Assembly (NCBI GenBank): GCA_963827685.1
Contig: CAWHBU010000002.1
Coordinates: 416,001 to 480,000, forward strand
Source of the DNA: an uncultured delta proteobacterium
GTDB taxonomy: Bacteria; Desulfobacterota; BSN033; UBA1163
DNA length: 64,000 nucleotides
Reading direction: 5' to 3'
The notes beneath the pieces were generated by a model, which ran no database searches, was not told the origin of the DNA, and saw only the letters and a list, made by a program, of their open reading frames with translations. The first letter of the stretch is position 1; every line of letters starts with the position of its first letter. The position numbers and the translations under genes are program-made. Shown here piece by piece: positions 48,894 through 57,814 of this stretch.

Positions 48894-50201
48894 ATGGAGC
48901 AGATCATGACGACACAACAATGGATTGCTTTAGGAATTTTCGTTCTATCTTACGGGCTGATCATTTCGGAGAAGGTGAGCAGAACGATTGCCTCGATCTT
49001 CGGTGCCATTCTGGCTTTCCTGTTCATCTTAACACCTCAGGATCTGGTCCATTATGAAAACTGGGAAACCCTCCTCTTTGTCTTCGGTATGATGACGGTG
49101 ATTGAGACCATGAGCGAGTCGGGGTTCTTCCGATGGTTAGGTCTCCACAGCGCCCGATGGGTGAAGCTTGATCCCTTGAAGCTTTTCATCCTCTTCCCGT
49201 TTATCGCCGGGTTTCTCTCAGCCTTTGTGGACAGCATCACCGTGATGCTCTTCATGGCTACCTTAACGATCGAAGTGGGGAATATCATTGGGATCAATCC
49301 CCTTCCTCTTATCTTTTCAGAGATCTGCGCTTCGAATATTGGAGGGGCATCCACGATGGTGGGAGATCCTCCGAATGTGATCTTAGGGACCTACTTTGGG
49401 CTCTCCTTTATGGACTTTGTAAAGAATACCGGCCTCATTGCATGGATAGGTTTTGGAGTGAATACCCCCTTCTTCATCTGGTTTTATAAGAAGGAGATAT
49501 TTTCAGCACGAGAAAGGCTTCACGAAAACCCTCAATGGCTTCAACAGCAGGTTGATACCCTGAATCCGAAAGAGGCCATTAAAGACAGGTGGCTCTTTGC
49601 GGTGGGTTTAATTGCCTTTTTTTATGTTGTGATTGTCCTGGTCACTCATCATCTTACTCATTTTTCAGTCGCCACGTGTGCTCTGACCGGAGCATTGATT
49701 GCCATGCTTCTCGGGGGCCACAAAATGAGTAGGGTTCTACTGAATATTGATTACCCGACGATCATTTTCTTTGCAGGGCTATTTATCATCGTGGGTGCCA
49801 TGGAACATGTGGGTCTTCTTAAAATGGCAGCGGCAACGGTGAAAGAATTATCGGGAGGGAATTTCTTCATCGCCTTGTCGATCATCCTGTGGGTCAGCGC
49901 CTTTGGATCTTCAATTGTTGATAATGTCCCTTTTGCAGCTACGATGGCCCCTATCCTCAAGCATATGGGCGAGACCTTTGGTTTCTCCCTTCTCCCCTTG
50001 GTCTGGTCAACTTCTCTCGGGACCGATATTGGAGGAAATGGAACCCCCATCGGGGCTTCTGCCAATATAGTGGCCGTTGCAACCTACGAAAGAATGACCG
50101 ACAAGAAAATCGGTTGGGGGTATTATTGTAAGGCATGCTACCCTGCCATGATGGTGGTTGTGGCTGTCTGTAATCTTCTCCTCTATCTTTTCTATATTTG
50201 A
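48894..50201 (+). CDS. ArsB/NhaD (SLC13-like) ion transporter
   Basis: SNIGGASTMVGDPPN, VDNVPF, GGNGTPIGASAN. Confidence 0.9.
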   Translation: MEQIMTTQQWIALGIFVLSYGLIISEKVSRTIASIFGAILAFLFILTPQDLVHYENWETLLFVFGMMTVIETMSESGFFRWLGLHSARWVKLDPLKLFILFPFIAGFLSAFVDSITVMLFMATLTIEVGNIIGINPLPLIFSEICASNIGGASTMVGDPPNVILGTYFGLSFMDFVKNTGLIAWIGFGVNTPFFIWFYKKEIFSARERLHENPQWLQQQVDTLNPKEAIKDRWLFAVGLIAFFYVVIVLVTHHLTHFSVATCALTGALIAMLLGGHKMSRVLLNIDYPTIIFFAGLFIIVGAMEHVGLLKMAAATVKELSGGNFFIALSIILWVSAFGSSIVDNVPFAATMAPILKHMGETFGFSLLPLVWSTSLGTDIGGNGTPIGASANIVAVATYERMTDKKIGWGYYCKACYPAMMVVVAVCNLLLYLFYI

Positions 50202-50301
50202 TTTTTTGTTGTTGAGAGCGAAATCATCATTGGCTAAAATCAAATAGGGTGATGCGGGAGATAAAGTGAATCGTTGTTTTCGAAGTTTCCCCATCTCCTC
50301 A

Positions 50302-51012
50302 TCAGTTTTTTTTGCGGGTTTTCCCAGAAATGACCAAGGTGATTTCGCCCTTTAACTTCCGCTCACCAATCTGAGTTTGGATTTCACTTACTCTTCCCCT
50401 GAGAACCTCTTCGTAGATCTTTGTCAATTCACGGGTAAGAACCATTTCTCGATCCCCAAGGATCTCGAAGATGTCGTCCAACGTTTCTGAGAGGCGGTGC
50501 GGGGATTCGTAAAAGATAAGTGTTTCTCTGACACCTTCCAATTGCTTGAGCCAATCCCTTCTCTTTTTCGATTTGTGAGGAAGGAATCCCTTAAAAAGAA
50601 AGGCATCTGTTGGGAGTCCAGAGACGCTCAGAGCGGCAATCACTGCAGAGGCACCCGGGATGGACACAATAGGAATCTGGTTTTCAATGGCTATTTGAAT
50701 AAGTCGGAATCCCGGGTCAGAAATGCCGGGTGTACCAGCATCCGAGACCAGGGCAACTCGATGGTCCTGCTTCAATTTAGAGAGGATGAATTCCTTTTTT
50801 CTAAATTCATTTCCTTCAAAGTAGCTGGTGAGCGGGGTATGAATTCCAAAGTGCTTGAGGAGAAGGCTAGTATGTCGAGTGTCCTCGGCAGCGATCAGGT
50901 CCACCTCCTTTAAGATGCGGAGAGCCCTGAGGGTGATGTCCTCTCTGTTCCCGATGGGAGTGGAGACAATATAGAGCATGCCTTTCGTTGGGTTGAGAGA
51001 AGGAGACGTCAT
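50302..51012 (-). CDS. rsmI: 16S rRNA C1402 2'-O-methyltransferase
   Basis: TPIGN, AEDTR, SDAGTPGISDPG, YESPHR, RELTK. Confidence 0.96.
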   Translation of the reverse strand: MTSPSLNPTKGMLYIVSTPIGNREDITLRALRILKEVDLIAAEDTRHTSLLLKHFGIHTPLTSYFEGNEFRKKEFILSKLKQDHRVALVSDAGTPGISDPGFRLIQIAIENQIPIVSIPGASAVIAALSVSGLPTDAFLFKGFLPHKSKKRRDWLKQLEGVRETLIFYESPHRLSETLDDIFEILGDREMVLTRELTKIYEEVLRGRVSEIQTQIGERKLKGEITLVISGKTRKKN

Positions 51013-51111
51013 AATTCTCTAAAATCATTAACTATTTAAAAAAATATCATTTATTGATAAATTGATCAAGAGGGAAGAAACAAAAAAAGATTTCTGAAAA
51101 AATTCAGAAAT

Positions 51112-53271
51112 GCTGCATTCAACAGTGAAGTGCAACACATGAGCCCAAAACTTCATTGGGCGTTCGATAATTGAGGCATTTTCGTGGCCTCGTATTAAGT
51201 AAAGTTTCGACGCGTTTGACTTGTTCTTTGGGAACCAGATTAAAATCCGCCTTCTTGGGGAAGAAGCGTCGGATCAGCCCGATGGCATTTTCGATAGAAG
51301 TCTTTTCCCAACTATGGAAGGGTTCACAGAAGTAGGATTGGGTTCCCAACACCTTGTTATTGACTTTCGCATAAATAATGGAACGTTTTAACTTTTTCTG
51401 CTATAATATGGGGCATGAGACCCCATGGATCCCAAGAGGAACTGGAGAAGCGCCGTCGAGGCGCCATTTCGTTGTTGAAAGAAGGCAAGGCCAGTCTTTC
51501 GGCCATAGCGCGTTCGGTGGGGGCATCAAAAAGCTCAGTCTTCCGATGGTTTCAACAGTACCAAGAAGGCGGATCGGAGGCCCTTCGCTCGAAGGCCATT
51601 CCAGGACGTCCTCCGAAGCTGTCTCGAATCGAGAAAGAGAAGTTAGCGGAACTGCTTTTGGCGGGTCCTCTGGCCGCAGGATATCGGACCGATCTGTGGA
51701 CATTGAAGCGGATCGCTCAAACCATTCTGAAACACTTTCGTATCCGGTATCACCCCAATCATGTGTGGCGGTTGCTTCAGGGCATGGGATGGAGTTGTCA
51801 GAAACCAGAGCGTCGGGCGTTACAAAGGGACGACAAAGAGATCGTACATTGGAAGGTTCACCGGTGGCCGCATATAAAAAAACGCCAAAAGACTTGGGGC
51901 CCAGCTGGTCTTTCTTGATGAGTCTGGCTTCTTACTCATTCCAAACATTCGCCGCACCTGGGCTCCAAAAGGGAAAACCCCTGTCTTCTACCACCTGTAC
52001 AAACAGGATAGGATTTCCTCTATCAGTGCTTTGTCGGTCTCCCCGAAACGAAAGCGGTTGGCCCTTTATCTCCGATTTCGGGCATGGAACCTCACCGGTC
52101 TGGATGTTCGGTCTTTTCTTAAAGAACTGCTCCAACATATCAGGGGACCCATGTTCCTGTTGTGGGATCGAGCCACCATCCATCGGCGAAAGGAAGTTAA
52201 ACAGTTTCTTCTTCGGCACCCTAGAATTCATATGGAATACTTTCCGGCCTATGCTCCCGAGCTTAATCCGGCTGAGTATGTTTGGAACCAGACTGACCGT
52301 GCCTTGTCCAACAGTGTACCGGAAAGTCTAAATGATCTTAAGAAAATGCTTCGAAACTCGAGACGAAGACTCAGGCAATCACAGAAACTCCTCCGGTCAT
52401 GCATCTATGCTTCTGATCTCCCATGGACTAGAGAGTAGCGTTCCATTATTTATGCGAAACTCAATAATATACTCATGCTCCACGTTTTCGCAACCATTAT
52501 CATAGGTGATAGAGCGGAGAAGGGGTTGGGGGTAACGGCTGAGTCTGCGAGTGAGGGCACATCGCAAGTTCTGTGAGGTCTTGGCAGCCAATTTGGCCAA
52601 GTGCAGGTGTCTACTGGTTCTCTCAAGGGCTACCGCTAAAGCGGCCTTACTTGTTCGGGAGATTAACGTATCAGCTTCCCAATGGCCGGGTTGGATCCGG
52701 GTTTGGACCTCCAGGGGACGCTCTTTGATGGAGATCCGTCGTGGAATATGGAGTGTCTTATGCCGGTGCGAATGGGTACGGAGTCTACGGCGCTTGTGAG
52801 CCCGAGTCAGATAGGGCACCAGGTTCTGCTTCGTAGGGATCGATTTATCATAGATGAATTGATAAATGGCCTCATGGCTGATACGAAGGTCTGGATATTC
52901 TAAAGAAAGTCTTCCTGAAATCAGTTCGGGAGACCATTTGAGCTTGAGCTTTTTCATGATATACCTACGGATCAAAGGATTGCGTATTCGCTGTCGTTGG
53001 ACGGATTCATGTTTTCGTTTAACGGCTCTTTCATGGGCCCTATTGGCCAAGTAAACGTTGTAGATGGGCGATCGGTTACGCTTGAGTTCTCGTGAAATGG
53101 AACCTTTGTTTCGCCCGATACTCTCGGCTATCTCCGAGATGCTTTTACCTCGTGCGTGAAGATATGCAATTTTGTCTCTCTCTTCACTGGAGAGATGTTG
53201 ATAGTTTAGCTTTTCCATACACTTAGGATACTACGTCACCCTAAGTGTTGCACTTCATTATTGAACTGGCG
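51112..53271 (-). mobile_element. IS30-family element, interrupted by an IS630
   Basis: IR TTCAA(C/T)A(G/A)TGAAGTGCAACAC, AAT duplication; GHWEADT, ITYDNG, ENAIGLIRRFFPK, RPRKCL. Confidence 0.93.
51360..52464 (+). mobile_element. IS630-family element (51415-51918 + ORF ending at 52438, A7 frameshift)
   Basis: 26-bp IR with 1 mismatch; TA duplication; LDESG, WDRATIH, PAYAPELNPAE. Confidence 0.95.
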
Positions 53272-53624
53272 AATCTGATTACATGGATTATAGGAGAATT
53301 ACACAGATTAGAAATGCATTGAAAAAGGAAAAAATCCTTTTAATCATTCTTCGAAATCAGTGTAATCAGGGGTCTCTGATAGAGATTTTGAGGGTTTTTC
53401 AGGGACCCCCAAAAAACTTATTGACAAATGGTGTCAAAACCCATAAAAATATAGTCATCTCAAAAAGTTGCCTTCCTACGCTAACATGCCTACCAAACTT
53501 GCCTCCGCCGAAGCGGGTACGCGCAGGCAGGCAAGTTCTTTGGCAGGGGGAGCTTCGAAGGGTTCTGGCTTACGCAGCAATTAAGCCCATACTTTAGCCT
53601 CGGGGCTTTACCATAAAGGAACTT

Positions 53625-55391
53625 ATGCCTGAAGAGGTTTCAGCAGATAAAAAGGCTCTTGATGTCGGTCCAGAGATACCGTTGATCGAGGGAGTGGAAT
53701 CGGACGAGGAGTTCATCCTCGCCAGAGATTTAACGAGTGCCTTCGTCAAGGCGATCAAGGCCTTTCGTTTTTATCCACCCGACAACCCCGCCCTCAAGGG
53801 ATTCCGAGACCAGCTTCTTAAAAGATTCCAGTTTTTCTTGAATAAGTATCAGTCCTTCGTGATTCAGGTTGGAGAATACGACCTCTCCTTTAAGGGAAAG
53901 ATCATCTATCAAAATAAAGATGTGAAAACGAGTCTTGCTTTTCTCCTCTACAAAGATGGGTTAAGGGAAGTCCGTTTTATGAAGGGGGTCGAAGAATGGG
54001 AGGTTCAGGGGATCATTGATATCATCAAGCAGAGCGATAATATCAATCAATTAGAGGATGACATCGTCACCTTGATGTGGGAAAAAGATTTCGAACACAT
54101 CAGTCATTTGGCAACGGATGAATTCTTGGAGGAAACACCCGTCGTCATTCCGGATAATGTTGACGAGTTCAGGAAGAATCTGGTTTTCAAACCCCTTGCC
54201 CATCATGTGGAGGTAGAGCTTGCAGAAGAAGGTTCAGAGGAAGGAGCCGATTTGGACGAAATCCTCTCCAGCCTGATCGAAGAACCCGCTCCATTTGTTT
54301 CAGACCGGAGCGTCTATTTCCTCACGTCAGATGAGCTCGAAGGATTGAGAAAGGATGTCGAAGCCGAGATCGACCCCATTTTTGTATTCACGATCATGGA
54401 CATTCTCTTCGAGATATTGGCTTTGGAAAAAGAGCCTGATCCCTATCAAGATGCGGTGAATATCCTAATTAAAGTATTAGATGCTTTTTTGACTCTCGGC
54501 GAGTTCACCAAAGCGACCGATCTTTTGAAACGGGTGAATATCATTCTCAAGACTTATGACCTGCAGGATTGGCAGATCGAAAGCATCCGAAAAATCATCG
54601 TGGAAGCCGGTGGCGAGGTGCGGATCGAACGGATCGGGAAGGTTCTGGAGAGGGAGGAGGTCCGTTTGGAAGATGTCAACGCCTACCTCTCGCTCCTGCA
54701 AAAGAACTCCATCCCCCCCCTGATCAAGTTATTAGGGGAACTGAAGAACTCGAAGACGAGGAGGATGTTCTGTGATGCTCTCTCTGAAATCGGAAAGGAT
54801 TCGATTGAACTGATTACTCCTTTTATTGATGACCGACGATGGTATCTGGTTCGAAATATCACCTATATTTTGGGCCGAATCGGAAAGGAACAGTCCTTCC
54901 CTTACATCCAAAAGGTATTCAATCATGAAGAAAATCGGGTGAGGAGAGAAGCCATACAGGCACTGGGACTCATTGGTGGACCGAAGGCCATCGGACTATT
55001 GGTGAGGGCTCTCACAGACAATGACGTTCGAATTCGCTGTATGGCAGCCATTAATTTAGGAAAGGTGGGTAAAGAAACGGGCCTCATCTCCCTTTTAGAA
55101 GTGGTGCAAACCAAAGATTTTTACAAAAGAGAACCGGTGGAAATCAAGGCCTTCTTTAACGCGATCGGAATGGCGGGTTCCAATGAAGCGATCCCTGTGC
55201 TGCAACAACTCTTGGAACGAAAGAGTTGGTTCGTTCGAGGAAAAACAGATGAAATCCGCACTGGAGCTGCCAACGCGATAGCCATGATTGGAACTCCTGA
55301 GGCAAAGGCCATCCTGGAAGTGGGAGAAGATTCAAAGGACGAATCCATCCGGGATGCTTGCACACAAGCCTTGAAGAGCCAATTCCCCTAA
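53625..55391 (+). CDS. HEAT-repeat protein
   Basis: WYLVRNITYILG, VRREAIQALG, IRCMAAINLG; N-terminal FYPPDNP. Confidence 0.85.
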   Translation: MPEEVSADKKALDVGPEIPLIEGVESDEEFILARDLTSAFVKAIKAFRFYPPDNPALKGFRDQLLKRFQFFLNKYQSFVIQVGEYDLSFKGKIIYQNKDVKTSLAFLLYKDGLREVRFMKGVEEWEVQGIIDIIKQSDNINQLEDDIVTLMWEKDFEHISHLATDEFLEETPVVIPDNVDEFRKNLVFKPLAHHVEVELAEEGSEEGADLDEILSSLIEEPAPFVSDRSVYFLTSDELEGLRKDVEAEIDPIFVFTIMDILFEILALEKEPDPYQDAVNILIKVLDAFLTLGEFTKATDLLKRVNIILKTYDLQDWQIESIRKIIVEAGGEVRIERIGKVLEREEVRLEDVNAYLSLLQKNSIPPLIKLLGELKNSKTRRMFCDALSEIGKDSIELITPFIDDRRWYLVRNITYILGRIGKEQSFPYIQKVFNHEENRVRREAIQALGLIGGPKAIGLLVRALTDNDVRIRCMAAINLGKVGKETGLISLLEVVQTKDFYKREPVEIKAFFNAIGMAGSNEAIPVLQQLLERKSWFVRGKTDEIRTGAANAIAMIGTPEAKAILEVGEDSKDESIRDACTQALKSQFP

Positions 55392-55403
55392 GGAGTCTAT
55401 GGT

Positions 55404-56855
55404 TTGATGCCAAAAGAAAAACCCAACCTTGATCATGAACATCGACCGACAAAATTAGGGACAGAATTTATCACAAAATTCTACCGACTGCTAAAAGGAA
55501 CCACGATCTATGATCAGAAGAATGTCATCATCGATCGCCTCACCCAGGAATGTGTTCAGGTGATCAATGGCATCGTCCGATCAGAAGGAAATCTTTTCCT
55601 AAAAATCGTTCGGGATAATTTCTTTTTTAATAATACCCGGATCATCGTAAGAGCTGACAAATATCCCATTTTCAAAGCTTTTTGGCAGGACATGAGAAAG
55701 AGGTGGATCGGGGAGGTGGAGTTCTCAGAAGAGGTGAACGCGGAACATCTCAAAGATTTTATTTATCTCCTTTCAGGGCTGGAGGAAAATAACGAGAGCA
55801 ATTACCTTTATGTCAAGAAGCAATTGGAATACCGAAACATCGAATCCATCGAAGTCGGGAAATTGGAGTTTTATAAAGACGAGGAAATCTATGTCGATTC
55901 CGAGGATCAGAAGAAATATTCGAAGGAGGTTTATTTCAAATCCATTAGTTTAGTCAAAGAAGTCGTGGAAGGCATTAATCAACAAAAAGCGCTCAACATC
56001 CGAAAAGCCAAACGTCTCATGCAGAACGCCGTCAACGCGATCATGCAGGATGATTCCACTCTGTTGGGATTGGCGAATATTAAGAATTATGATGAATACA
56101 CCTTCAATCATTCTGTAAATGTAGCCATCTATGCCATCGCTTTGGGCCAGAGGATCGGGATTCCCAAAAAGCACCTTTCCCATCTGGGCATGGCAGGTTT
56201 GTTCCATGACATGGGAAAGACGAAGATTCCGAAAGAGATCCTTAACAAAACAGGGAAATTGTCACCGGAGGAGTGGTCGATCATGCGATCCCATCCTGTC
56301 ATCGGGACGGAGCTCATCATGCGGATGAAGGAATGGGGAGAACTCTCCACCCGGATGATTGAAGGCGCTTTTGAACACCACCTTCGATATGATTTGACGG
56401 GATATCCGAAGCTTACCCGAAAGAGGAAGATCAGCCTGTTCGGCAGGATCATCACCATTGCTGATTTCTACGATGCTTTGGTGAGGCCGAGGGTCTATAA
56501 TCGATTCCCTTATGTCTCGGAAAAAATCCTGGGAATCATGCTGGAACGAAGTGGAAAAGACTTCGACCCTGCTGTCGTCAAAGTCTTCATTAACATGATC
56601 GGGATCTTTCCGCTCGGAACCCTGGTTTTATTAAACACCAATGAGATGGGGATTGTCACCCAGATCCAGGAGGAGACAGAACTGATCGATCGGCCCAAGG
56701 TCTGCCTCCTTTATTATGGCGATGGAGAATATCGGAAAGGAAAAGTGGTGGATCTGAGGGAGATGGATGAAGCAACCAGGAATTTCAAGAGGAGCATCGT
56801 CAAGACCGTCGATCCGAATGAATATAATATCAACGTCGCGGAATATCTCATGTAA
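55404..56855 (+). CDS. HD-GYP domain phosphodiesterase
   Basis: HSVNV, FHDMGK, EHHLRYDLTGYP, ADFYDAL, FDPAVV. Confidence 0.93.
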   Translation: MMPKEKPNLDHEHRPTKLGTEFITKFYRLLKGTTIYDQKNVIIDRLTQECVQVINGIVRSEGNLFLKIVRDNFFFNNTRIIVRADKYPIFKAFWQDMRKRWIGEVEFSEEVNAEHLKDFIYLLSGLEENNESNYLYVKKQLEYRNIESIEVGKLEFYKDEEIYVDSEDQKKYSKEVYFKSISLVKEVVEGINQQKALNIRKAKRLMQNAVNAIMQDDSTLLGLANIKNYDEYTFNHSVNVAIYAIALGQRIGIPKKHLSHLGMAGLFHDMGKTKIPKEILNKTGKLSPEEWSIMRSHPVIGTELIMRMKEWGELSTRMIEGAFEHHLRYDLTGYPKLTRKRKISLFGRIITIADFYDALVRPRVYNRFPYVSEKILGIMLERSGKDFDPAVVKVFINMIGIFPLGTLVLLNTNEMGIVTQIQEETELIDRPKVCLLYYGDGEYRKGKVVDLREMDEATRNFKRSIVKTVDPNEYNINVAEYLM

Positions 56856-56954
56856 TAAATTGAGGAATTTAGGAATTGCGAATTTTCTTTGATTCAATAT
56901 TCTAGTCTTTCAAACTCCAATCCCTCAATCCCTGAATCCCTGAATTCCTCAATC

Positions 56955-57446
56955 TCATTTGATTTTCTTCTTTTTCGATTCTTCCCATAAATGATCCATT
57001 TCGATGAGGTTAGACTGACGAAAAGATCTTCCTTCCCTGTAGAGGGAATTCTCAATATAATGAAATCGAGATACGAATTTGTCTACTGTTTTTCTCAATG
57101 CCTCCTCCGGGTGGATGTGGAGAAACCGCGAAACGTTTGCCAGAACAAAAAGGAGGTCTCCGATTTCTTCGCGAATCCTTCTTCTGTCTCGAAGGGAAAG
57201 GGCTTCTCTAAACTCCCTCATTTCTTCATCCAATTTATTCAATACCCCTTCGATATTTGGCCAATCAAATCCCACCCGGGAGACCCTTCGGGTCAATTGA
57301 TAGGCCTGAGAGAGAGAGGAGGAATTTTTGGATACCCCTTCGAGAATGGATCTCCATCCCTTTATTGAGTCTCTCTTCTTCAACCGACAAGGGATATCTC
57401 TCCCTCTCTTTTTCCTCATCTTCATCAGTACCTCCCGATTCCCCAA
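56955..57446 (-). CDS. MazG C-terminal-domain-like NTP pyrophosphohydrolase
   Basis: VGFDW, KLDEEMRE, EEIGDLLF, KFVSRF, MDHLWEESK; no N-terminal MazG domain. Confidence 0.8.
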   Translation of the reverse strand: MGNREVLMKMRKKRGRDIPCRLKKRDSIKGWRSILEGVSKNSSSLSQAYQLTRRVSRVGFDWPNIEGVLNKLDEEMREFREALSLRDRRRIREEIGDLLFVLANVSRFLHIHPEEALRKTVDKFVSRFHYIENSLYREGRSFRQSNLIEMDHLWEESKKKKIK

Positions 57447-57684
57447 TTCCGATTTAGAGAACGAAACCTATTTTCCATTCCGTCATTGCGAGCACCTGAA
57501 AGGTGCGTGCCTGCACGCCGAAGTGCTTGCCTTTGTTGAAGCAGATACTTGCAGCCAAACGTTCCGGCACGCAGGCGTGCCTGCGCGCTGAAGCGCTCCG
57601 GCGCGCAAGCGTGGCAATCTAACGGAAAAAGGTGAGATTGCTTCGGTTCCGTCGTAATGACAATTTTCTAAATCGGAATTTGGG
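57443..57684. repeat. Nested palindromic elements
   Basis: Outer IR AATTCCGATTTAGA / TCTAAATCGGAATT; inner GTCATTGCGA...GTAATGAC; innermost GCCTGC-type repeats. Confidence 0.75.
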
Positions 57685-57814
57685 CAATTTTATAAGATTG
57701 CTAAGTTCCTGTTTTTATGTTATTTAAATACCTCTAAAAATAAAGGATTTTAAGCTTTTGTTCAACGAAAAGAAATATTTCATAAAAGATGATCGTGATT
57801 AGGAAGGAAGGGCA

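Noticed and set aside
51378-52331. 317-aa ORF spanning the IS630
   Set aside because: Third-frame read-through lacking transposase motifs; the real product is the frameshifted 51415-52438.
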